From: Microthyrium microscopicum
Lineage: Eukaryota
Direction of reading: 5' to 3'
DNA: 64,000 bases
Assembly: GCA_010405405.1 (NCBI GenBank)
Contig: MU004231.1
Coordinates: forward strand, 2,908,401 to 2,972,400
Numbering within the stretch: the first letter of the stretch is position 1; the number at the start of each line of letters is the position of its first letter. Below the pieces are notes generated by a model. It saw nothing but the letters and a program-made list of their open reading frames with translations, made no database searches and was not told the DNA's origin. Shown here in pieces: positions 37,233 to 47,315 of the stretch. Both the position numbers and the translations under genes were made by a program.

Positions 37233-37935
37233 ATGCTCAAGCAAATGCAATTACTTACTTTATTCTTCGGTCTGCCAATTACTCAAGCTATAGCCCAATC
37301 AGGCACAATTAGCGTAGGCCCTCTTCTCACTTGTGGACTCACGACATTCTCCTGTCCTGGTGTTAACGGCTGCTGTACAGTTGCAGGCTGTTGTGGAAGC
37401 GGATGTTGCGCGAACGGATATACTTGTATCAACGAGGGTACTTCGGCACAAACCTGTTGCCCATCCAGTGATACCACCAAATGCGGCACAGTGACAGCAG
37501 TAAGTTGACTCAAACCAGTCACCAGGCTGTGAAACATCGCATATCCAATCTAATTCCAATGCGTCAGTCTTCTGGATCTGGATCTGGATCTAGCTCTGGC
37601 TCTGGTAGCAAGACTTGCACTGGAATCGACAATTGCCCTCGAGACCCAGTCCGGGGGTTGGCATGGACGTGTCCTTGGGACAGACTTGTGGTTTCTCCTA
37701 TCCCGACTGCAATCCTTGTCCTTATGCAGCAACTTCGGGAAGTGGTTCTGGCTCATCAAGCAGTGGCTCTAGCTCGTCGTCCTCAGGTAGCTCGTCGTCC
37801 TCAGGTAGTACATCATCCTCAAGCAGTGCCTCGGGAAGCATCTCATCGTCGTCTTCTTTCGGACATCGATCAAAAGAGTTGAGTGCTGGACTACATTGGC
37901 TGTCGGCGGTTGGTATGGGGGCTTGTTTACTGTAA
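37233..37935 (+). CDS. Small secreted Cys-rich, Ser/Gly-rich, probably GPI-anchored protein; apparent 1-nt frameshift at ~37674
   Basis: Signal peptide followed by a CC-rich domain (GCCTVAGCCGSGCCANGYTC). Intron 37500-37567. A second Cys module is split across two frames, followed by a Ser-rich stalk and hydrophobic C-terminus. Confidence 0.7.
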
Positions 37936-38298
37936 CTCTCTTCAATAAACTCCCAACGCTCTGGGATTTGGCATGAACTGCTCTTTATCTCCTTACGCTT
38001 GATGTATCGTTTCGCATAACATATTTAGTTATCGATGCCAGAGTAAAACCAACAATAAGGAATCATTGAAGGCTGGAAGAAAGCGCGACTGTTGGCCTTC
38101 GGAGAAATGGCAATAACGGATGACGCGACATCGTGATAGTTGCTTTTTCCCTTCCCCACCTGTTAGCCAAGACAACATAAACTTCATCAAACTTTTTCCC
38201 ATCTCAACAGGATTGAAACGTTTCCTCTAATCATCAGTTTACGTTATTCGTTGATTTATACTACAACAATATCTTTTTCTTACTCATCCTTCGATACC

Positions 38299-40586
38299 AT
38301 GGCTCACGATTCTGAGCTCATGAAAGGCAAGCCCGTTGAGGACAACAACGATCCGACGCTGCACTCCCCCGAAGATGGCGACAGCATGACTTCAGATGAA
38401 CGATACTTGGTAAGATCAACAACATGAGCAGCAACAAGTCAAGAATTCAGATACAGCCTTCCACCATATACGCGCAGATAGCAGGTAAGTATAGCCTCCG
38501 GTCGAAGCTAATTCATTGGTGATGATTCTATCTCTGGCGAGAGAGAATTTTGCGTGAACAGCTTTGATCTCAAATTGGCAACGCGGGTGTCCCTAATTGC
38601 CGTCTCTTGTCATGAGAGCGGCGATATGGGTCTGAGATTATACCGCATGAACTTGATCGCTATCATGAGCGCGTAAGGAGTAGCTATGAGATCTTTCGAC
38701 AACTTCTGTTCCCATCACGGTGAGAGATATTCTAACAACCAGGTAGCAATCTCTCGGCTACAAGCAAGTAAGTGATTACGAGAGATTGTACCTGATTGCG
38801 CTAATTGAGAAGCTCCTTCATCGACAATGGAGTCTTTTTGAAAGCTTCGCTGCAAGTTTTGGTGCGTTGCGAAAAGACTACTTTCATCGGACAGTTTCTT
38901 ACTGATGTAGCTGCACTTTACTCCGTCGGAGGTGTTCGAGTGACTTTCACTATTGGTGTCGGTGCTGGTGGACCGGCCGCCTACTGGCACGTCTATTTCT
39001 ACTTCGGCGAACTCTTCTTGCTAATAACAGAACAGGTCAAGCTATGTTGTTACTTGTTTTTTCGTAACTATCACAGCAGCCGTGCTGGCAGAGATCTGTT
39101 CTGCACTTCCTGCTGCAGGATCTATCTACTTGTTTGTATTCTGCGATCCTCGAAAAGTCAGCTTCTGACTAGGTTATAGCTGGGCAGCTGAGGCTGGTGG
39201 CCCCAAATATGGCAGACTCTTCGGTTTCATTGTTGCTTGGTGGAGCACCACTGCATGGACAACCTTTGTGGCCTCAAATAGCCAAGCGGCAGCCAACTTT
39301 CTCCTATCGGAAATCTCGGTCTTCAATCTGGACTTCTCAACTGATGTTAACGACATCAAGTTTCGCGCCGTCCAATGGATTGTAGCAGAAGTGATCCTGT
39401 TCATCAGTATCGGCACAAACTATTTTGGACCAAAGCTGTACAAATGGATCTTCAAGGCGTCTGTCGGTATCATTTTGCTGGATTTCCTTCTGAACATCAT
39501 CTGGCTGCCAATTGCTGTATCAAAAACTTATGGATTTCAGGATGCCAAATTTGTGTTCACCGAAACTCGCAATGAAACTGGAGCTCCACCGGTCTGGAAT
39601 TGGATGCTTTCCTATTATGTTACTGCCGGCATCTTGGTTGGCTTCGAAGCAAGCGGACATATATCTGAAGAGACCAAGAACGCAAGTATCACTTCCGCCC
39701 GAGGTATCTTTACTTCCGCAGTTGCCTCTGCTTTAATAGGGTTTCCGTTGGTGATCTTGTTCCTTTTCAGTATGCCAAGTTTGGACATCATCTATGGCTT
39801 GGGTGCTCCCCAACCATTCGTTCAGCTTTATGCTATGTCAATGGGACGTGGAGGACATATCTTCATGAATATTGTCTGCATAGCTGGGCTCATGCTCGTA
39901 AGTTTGTCCTAGTTTCCAGGTACGCGTAGCTCATCTTGAACAGAACACCTCTATTGCGGGTATTGCGGCATCCCGACTCATCTGGGCTGTTGCCAGAGAC
40001 GGAGTCTTGCCATGCTCAGGCTGGATTTCGAAAGTATCAGACAAGAAGGAGCCCAAAAATGCTGTAACGGTCATGTTGATTGTTGCGGCACTCCTCCTGT
40101 GCACAATTCTACCCTCTCCAGTAGCCTTTACGTCTTTGGTCAGCGCAGCTGGCGTGCCAACTATCACTGCATATGCTTTGATATCATGTAAGGGTCTTCC
40201 AAACTCTCAACAACCGATACTAACCTTCTCAGTTGGTCGAACTTTCCTGACACCTCACGGCTTCAAGAATGCTCGTTGGTCACTAGGCCGCTGGTCACGA
40301 CCATTGAATTTCATCGCCTTCGTCTGGAACCTATATTTGGCTGCCATCCTATTCTCGCCACTTTACTTCCCGGTGACTGGAGCAACACTCAATTGTAGGC
40401 CAAGGCTGTGCAACTATAACTATTGCCGAGATGTGCTAACGTCGTCTAGATTCGCCTGTCATCTTTGGTGCCATAACCATTTTTGGCTTCATTTCCTGGC
40501 TGGTTGTTCCAGATGATAAGTGGCTGCCATCTGAGCGCATTGGACGACTCCAGAAGACTGTTGAAGCTGATCCTCACCTCGATTGA
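38299..40586 (+). CDS. APC-superfamily (amino acid/GABA/choline-type) permease, probable Thi9-like thiamine or thiamine-precursor transporter; multi-exon
   Basis: Spliced motifs LGYKQ, LAEICSALPAAGSIY, GFEASGHISEETKNA, SRLIWAVARDGVLP and WSLGRWS. A TPP aptamer lies in intron 1. Confidence 0.88.
38566..38693 (+). promoter_or_regulatory. TPP (thiamine pyrophosphate) riboswitch aptamer within intron 1 (38410-38746)
   Basis: Conserved core GCGGGTG...CTGAGATTATACCGC-ATGAACTTGAT-CGCT-ATCATG-AGCG-CGTAAGGA. P2 GCGG/CCGC; P3 CCC..ATTGCCG..TCTC/GAGA..CGGCGAT..GGG; P5 CGCT/AGCG; P1 TGGCAAC/GTAGCTA extended by GATCTCA/TGAGATC. Confidence 0.92.
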
Positions 40587-40832
40587 GCTATAATCACCAA
40601 CTTGAGTCTAGAATCGGCTCACTCCATCAATTGGCACAAAACAATACACAAACATAGACACAGAAAGTACATGCGGCTCTGTAGCTTCGGCGGATTTCGG
40701 AGGTTCACCTCCCACACATACACGTTTTGCTTTCCTTATAATGCTTCCTTTTCACAACAAATTGATACTCCACACTCTTCACACCCTCTAAAAACTACTA
40801 TACATCCTCAGCAATAGAATAGATTCGTAATT

Positions 40833-42392
40833 CTAATTTGATGGAGTCCACTTCTCCTTGTCTGGTATCTTATTGTACACGTGCTCTCCATGCTTGTAGA
40901 AGACGACCTCATCGCCAACGCGAATCTCTTTATGAAGGCTATCCGCATACGCAATCGCCATCATCCCGAGAATTCCACTACTAGCGCCAGGATCAATTCT
41001 CCATTCTTTGTTGAGATAACTGAGTGGCTGGAATACATCATCGTCGCGCACACCAAGAAGCGGGTCGTTGTTGGGCATTTTGCATCGGGGTATTCTACAT
41101 GGTAGAGCAAACACTATAGGCTCTGGCGGTTCCGATGACTTCTGATCCTCGGCGTCGCTGGTCGATCTTCCCTGGATGGCTAGTCTCTTCATGTGTACTT
41201 CCGAAAATGCCGTAGGCCCGGAGATGTAGATATTCGATCGAAATCGTCGTGAATCAGGTCTATAAGATTTTCCTTTCTTCTTGGCTACCTCCTGTACCTT
41301 TTTCTCGACTTCGTATATGCTAGACATATTCTGTACTGATATAGGGTAGGCATCCTGTAGTCCAACCTTGGTCTGAAATCCTATATCTTCCACACTCGGT
41401 GCATTTTTGTACAATTCTCGTTCAAACCCATCCCGCACTCGGAAAAGAGTAACAGAGTTCGAGATCCCCAGTGTATACGCGAGTTTGCGGAGGATTATTG
41501 GATCAATCTCGCTAGCCATGTCCCAAGATTCTGGAAATTCCTTCCATATCCGCATCTGGTCCAGTTGATACGCCTTCTCCTTGATGCGTTCTTCACAGGG
41601 GACGAGAGGGACGCGAAACTCCACCATATTCCCGACTCTGCCTTTTGATCGACGTCTGAGGAGCATTTCGCTGATAAAGGCGCGGATGCCGGTGCGGTTG
41701 TATTCATAGTCGGACGTGAATGGGAAGCGCACGATGATACAGCCACCGTTTTTCACCCAAATGCTGTCTTCATCGTAGTCTTCTGCGTCGGGATCAGGGA
41801 TCCAGAGCTCCGTTTGAACTAGAGCGAGTTGCGCGGACTCGCGTTGGGTGATGAAATGCCAGGAGTGTTCGGTATTGCCGTCCAGGTCAGGCAGTTTGCT
41901 CTCGAGATGAGCAAATGAGAACAAGCGATCATGAGCTAGTCCAAGGGGCGTGACTGTGGCAGAATCAACTTCAATGGGAGCTGTCGATTTGATGGGATGG
42001 AGGTAGAGAGCCTCGATTCTTCCTTCAAGTCCGGTATTTGCGTACTCCTTTGATATTGAATTTTCCAGATCACTTTCGGATGGTTTTGGAAATGAAGCAG
42101 ATCGAGGGACCTCCTTATATCCTAAAGTGAAGGTCTCGTCGCTAAGATTCCGTTCTGCTTTCCTTCCAAGTCGTCGGCATCCTTCTGGTCGTTTTGGTGG
42201 TCCCAGGTCCTGTCGTACGCCAGATATGATGTCCCAAAGGAATAACCAAGTCCATCTGTAGATAAATGGAATGCCAATTACTAAGAAGACCATTCCTGCA
42301 GACATCCAATAAAAAGCAGTTGGTAATTCAGCATCGTCGTCTAGAGCCTGGAGACGCTCCTTTATGGGCGCATTGTGGGCGGGACACGACAT
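40833..42392 (-). CDS. MOSC-domain (mARC-like, molybdenum cofactor-associated) protein with N-terminal TM segment
   Basis: IEALYLHPIKS, GLAHDRLFSFA, RRFRSNIYISG, CRIPRCKMPN and IRVGD motifs. Confidence 0.85.
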   Translation of the reverse strand: MSCPAHNAPIKERLQALDDDAELPTAFYWMSAGMVFLVIGIPFIYRWTWLFLWDIISGVRQDLGPPKRPEGCRRLGRKAERNLSDETFTLGYKEVPRSASFPKPSESDLENSISKEYANTGLEGRIEALYLHPIKSTAPIEVDSATVTPLGLAHDRLFSFAHLESKLPDLDGNTEHSWHFITQRESAQLALVQTELWIPDPDAEDYDEDSIWVKNGGCIIVRFPFTSDYEYNRTGIRAFISEMLLRRRSKGRVGNMVEFRVPLVPCEERIKEKAYQLDQMRIWKEFPESWDMASEIDPIILRKLAYTLGISNSVTLFRVRDGFERELYKNAPSVEDIGFQTKVGLQDAYPISVQNMSSIYEVEKKVQEVAKKKGKSYRPDSRRFRSNIYISGPTAFSEVHMKRLAIQGRSTSDAEDQKSSEPPEPIVFALPCRIPRCKMPNNDPLLGVRDDDVFQPLSYLNKEWRIDPGASSGILGMMAIAYADSLHKEIRVGDEVVFYKHGEHVYNKIPDKEKWTPSN

Positions 42393-42823
42393 GCTGCTGG
42401 CAACAACGGGTGCCAGACCAGTTGAAGAATAATTACTAGGAGGATCTTTCAGAAAGAAAGGAAAGAGGCCAGCTCATGATGAAAAAAGACCAGCAATTTA
42501 GTGTTTGGCGGTTATTCAGGAGTAGCAGACTGCAGTGGGTTGGCGGAGGTAGCTGACGTTTCAGACCTCAGTCTCGTTTAGCCTCTCCAAACCAACCCGC
42601 TGTCACCTTTCAGCTTTGCGACATCCACCACTCAGCATCAATCGACGCGATTTATCTGTCGCCAACGCGTCTTCGAGTACGGCCTTCACGTTGATTGCCT
42701 CATCACCGTACAATGTTTGGCAGCTTGCGGTGTGCATCTTCCAAGGCAGAATCTCGAGACCTCGAATGAATGCGATGCAGGGGTCAACCACCTCGAATTT
42801 CCTGAGCAGACTGCCGTTCCCAA

Positions 42824-44140
42824 ATGGGTAGCCAAGTGCCCTCTACTGGGAACATTCCATCCTCATCGCGTACGTTCCTACCATGATGATGTAATAACCA
42901 TGATACTGATGCTGTCCCCCAGATCGCCTACCTGCCATATCTGCATCCGACGCGCTTCGCCAACTACGAGATTCCACAGCGAAACCAATACCGACTGGTC
43001 TTCCTAATCTTGATAATATCCTTGTAGGGTCTGGACTAGCAAAGTATGGGAGAGGAGGTCTTGTTCGTGGTCAATTGACCGAGATATTTGCGCCTCCTGG
43101 TTCTGGAAAGACCGCGCTGTGGTATGTGGTGGTTTATACTGCGTTTGAGCACCAGCTTACCATGAAATCTTTAGTCTTTCCGCCGCAACATCTGTACTAG
43201 TCGATGGCGGACATGTAGTCTGGATAGGTATTTCGAACATTGAAGGCTTCTCAGCGTGTTCTGACAGATTTTAGATTGTTTATATTCACTTCCACTACTA
43301 CGACTACAAGCTGCTAGCTCTGTTACTTCATCCGATATAGAGAACAAATTTCACCGTTATCAAGCTCCCACGCTGGCGCACCTTTTGGCTTTGGTCCATC
43401 GACAGAAAAAAGGATTCCCTCCCGAAAACACCGCACTCATCGTTCTAGAAGATGTCTCGTGTCTTTTTCCTCTACCGCCGGCCAAGACACCAGGCCAGAA
43501 ACCTGCTGGAACGCCAATGAAGTCCACACAGTCTATATTACAGTCCACACTTCTGTCCGCACTCAGCAGAATCGCATCGACTCACAATATTGCTGTCCTC
43601 ATTACCAGCCAAGTCAGCACTCGGATTCGCCAGTTCGGCGGCGCTTTGCTAGTGACATCCATGTCAAGCAGAGACTGGGATGAGCCTATTGCATCACGAA
43701 TAGTCCTTTTTCGCGACTTTCCGCCCCCGAGCCTTGACAAGGAAGAGTTTGAAGAAGAGCGCGGACCAGCCATACTGCAAAAGCTGCGATATGCTGGCAT
43801 TATGAAAGCGCATGGTGTCGGTATGATTGAAAACGACAGGTTCAAGGATGTTTATCCTTTCAGCATAACTAGCACCGGTGTTGTAGAGTCTGTTGTGTTT
43901 CCGACGATCTCATCTGCGCCGGCACTCATACGTTCTCCTGCTCCTACGAGAAAGCGGAAGCTGGATCAGGTAATTCCTGATTCGGATGAGGAATGGGATG
44001 CGGAAGTGGATAGTTTGGATGGTTATGACTTTGATGAAAACGAAGAGCAGGTGCTTGCTGTGAGACCGCTTGTGGAAATACCTGGTCTCAAAGGCAAGAA
44101 AGTTAAGGTAAATGAAGACAATGAAGAAATACAGCTTTGA
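42824..44140 (+). CDS. RAD51 paralog (Rad55/RAD51C-like) recombination protein; multi-exon
   Basis: Spliced HRLPAISASDAL..PTGLPNLD..GGLVRGQLTEIFAPPGSGKT (Walker A). ALIVLEDVS (Walker B), THNIAVLITSQ and an acidic C-terminal tail. Confidence 0.82.
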
Positions 44141-44852
44141 GAGTATTGCACATTTTAATTCCTTCGGTCAACTTGTCCAACTCATCCCCTTCCATGGCAA
44201 GGCTGTATTTCAGCCTTGTATTGTGTAAAAAGGGCTGTGTCATACCAAAGCCAATCAATGGAATTGAACCGAGGGCAGTGCAATGCAACACACCAAATAA
44301 AGATTTCTTACCCATCCACCGTTTGCTGCCAGCTTAGACGTATTATCTCGTCCAGCATTGCCATTGATATCCTCCATTGACACCCGTAATGAGGTGTACC
44401 AATCAGAGCCCGTGCCACTGCAGTACGGTAAGTTGGTGTTGAGACAGTCTAGAACCTTCCAATTCTTTGACCAGCTTAGACCTAAGACGGCCCACGACAT
44501 CCTCAACGGACCACATAAGAGAGCCTTAGAAGGCATATTGCGCGATATTCCCAGATCGTCGCTACCGCTCACGTGCTGCTCTGGGCTATTACTCCTTGTT
44601 CCCGATATCGATTCTGTGAATTAGGAAAGCCCAACGGGGCAACGTTGGAAGCGGCATTTATACTGTCACTTTATTAAGCAATTGGACATCTTACTTGGAG
44701 GCGGATAGCGATAGCGAATTGTCATTTTCTTCTACCTCAACACGAATTTAATTAGCTGTCAAGTTGTCCAGCTCATCCGAGGACCATTATTTTGGATTCT
44801 AGCTCTCTGCGGATGAAGTCAGCCTGAGCCGTTGAGGGTCAGCATATCAAAC

Positions 44853-45883
44853 ATGTCGCTTTATCAAGCAGAACAGCTGAAAGAGCATGGGAACGCACAT
44901 TTCAAAAGAGGAGAATACGATGAGGCGATCGCTCGTTACTCTCAAGCTATTCAGCAAAACTCCAATAATCCACTCTTATACACCAATCGCGCCAACGCCA
45001 GGCTGAAGATGAAGCTTTGGGAGGATGCTATGGACGATTGTATGAGGAGTATTTCCCTCATGGCGGAGAACATGAAGGCTTTTTATTTTCTCGGTAAGTA
45101 CAGAACTCTATTGAGTTCGCTTGTCAAAATCCAATTGGGCGACAAAACGAATGGTGTACTTGAGAATGGTTTTCATAATCAATGTAACCTTATATCTGAC
45201 CACTCCCACAGGTCAAGCTCAACTCGAGCTACACCATCCAAACGAAGCACTATCATCAGCACTCATGGCCTATGACCTGTGTAGCAAATCATCACACCAG
45301 ACCTCCTCGGCATTTGCCATCACAGGCTTTGTCCTAAAATGTAAGAAAGCAAAATGGGATCTTCGGGAGAAAGATCGCGTCAGACGGAGACATGATCTCT
45401 TAGGCGAGCTAGAGTCAAAGCTAGAGGAAGACAAGAAACGCGAAATATCCAGCATAGAAGAGCGGAAAGTCACAGGCGAGCTTGGAAGTGTGGCAGCATC
45501 CGAGGAAACAGAAGCAACAACAGAAACAACTCAACAAAAGATCGAGGAATTACGCAATTCTTTCGCTATCAGCGATCCAAATCACCTGGAAAAACGGGTA
45601 GAATCACTACGTGCTTGGTAACTGAAGAAAACTAATATGTCAACAGGAAGTTCCAGAATATCTTGTGGACGACATTTCATTCGAAATTATGCACGATCCT
45701 GTGGTCACTCGCCATGGCCATTCTTACGAACGAGCTACGATCGTCGAGCATCTCAAGAGGAATCCAGTCGATCCCCTGACAAGAGAGCCGCTTTCTGTTA
45801 GCGATTTAAGACCAAATCTGGCGTTACGAAAAGCTTGTGATGAATTCTGGAACAATAATTCTGGTTGGGCCTTTGACTGGTAG
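44853..45883 (+). CDS. CHIP/STUB1-type TPR + U-box E3 ubiquitin ligase; 3 exons
   Basis: TPR AEQLKEHGNAHFK..YTNRA. U-box VPEYLVDDISFEIMHDPVVTRHGHSYER..DPLTREPL..LRPNLALR. Confidence 0.92.
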
Positions 45884-46460
45884 TAAAACAAGAGATATTC
45901 CTTCCCAAATATTCGTCTATGAAGTTCGGTTCCGACATAGATACCCAGTGGTGTTGCATAACGAGATATGATATTGACATTGTCTATTGCTGCTACACCA
46001 GCACATGCTATGGCATTTTACGAATATGGGGATTTAGCGATGATACGGGAGCTTACCATTGATACGAAAGCATCAGAGTACAAGGTTAATAAAATTGATT
46101 CATTTCGCTCCCAACTCGCTCCCAACTCACAAGCGATCCCCACAATGTAGAGGCGTTCCTTTACATTCATTAATCAAACACCTATACACCATAAATTGGC
46201 CCTTAAGCAATAAGATTCCATGGACCGTGCAGTGAACCATACTATTTACGAGCTAAGGGAAGTAGTACCTTTATACGCAATATTATTTGGCCCTATATCA
46301 ATCATGTCTTCTTAAATGACCACGGCTTACGGTCGAGGAGAACAATCAATATATAGAACCGCTTAACTTCACATACTTGTCAATTGACCCTCGCTTCTTG
46401 GTCGCAGCAAGTCGCACCATACATTCGTTTAACAATACACGTTCGTTACAACTCGACAAA

Positions 46461-47141
46461 ATGGCACCACATCTGTTCGCTCTGCTCGCTCTCCTCCCAC
46501 TGGCGTTCGCCAACCCAGCGGATCCAGCGGCCCAGCTGATGGAGGAGGTTCCCGGTACGCAGACAGCTTACCCTCTACGAATCGCATACTGACACAACTC
46601 GAAGCCATGCCCGTAGCCGTCGAAAGCATGGCAGCCCCCGAGAGCATGACCGCACCAGTCCCTAGCGCAGCGGCCGATCCATCGCCCAGCATCCTTACCC
46701 ACGCACAAGCGCAGTCCGTGATCGAAGCCGCCGTCAAGAAAGCCACTGAGATCAAAGTGCCCAGCAACATCGCCGTCACCGATCCCGCCGGACATTTGCT
46801 CAGCTTCTTGCGAATGGATGGCGCAGTGTTGGTGAGCATTGACGTTGCTCAGAGAAAGGCTCGGACCGTAGCCATGTTTGGTGGGAAATATAGGACTGGA
46901 GATCTATACAATGGTAAGTGTCAACAAGGGACAAAATAAGGATATGACTGATGTGTATACAGCTACGGCACCTGGTGGACCTTTGTATGGAATGCAGTTG
47001 ACCAACAACGGATTGTTATTCTTTGGAGGCGGTGTTCCGCTCAAGTCGAACGGTCAATTCGTCGGCGCTCTGGGTGTTTCTGGTGGATCGGTAGAGCAGG
47101 ATGTGCAGGTTGCTACTGCTGCTGCGGCGTCGTTCAAGTAG
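46461..47141 (+). CDS. Secreted GlcG/HbpS (DUF336) heme-binding-family protein; 3 exons
   Basis: Signal peptide MAPHLFALLALLPLAFA. Motifs NIAVTDPAGHLLSFLRMDGA, AQRKARTVA, FGGGVPL and GALGVSGGSVEQD. Confidence 0.85.
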
Positions 47142-47315
47142 AGCGCCAGCTAGCTGAATTGAATATGAATCGCAATGGCTTATTACTCGGTCATGAACTC
47201 TGTGATTAGTGCAAACATGAAGAATGGTGTGAATAATATGTTTTGCATTAATATTTATACAGAGCTCGGTCATACTCATTGACACATCCATTACCGTACA
47301 GGAAGCACTTGTACA

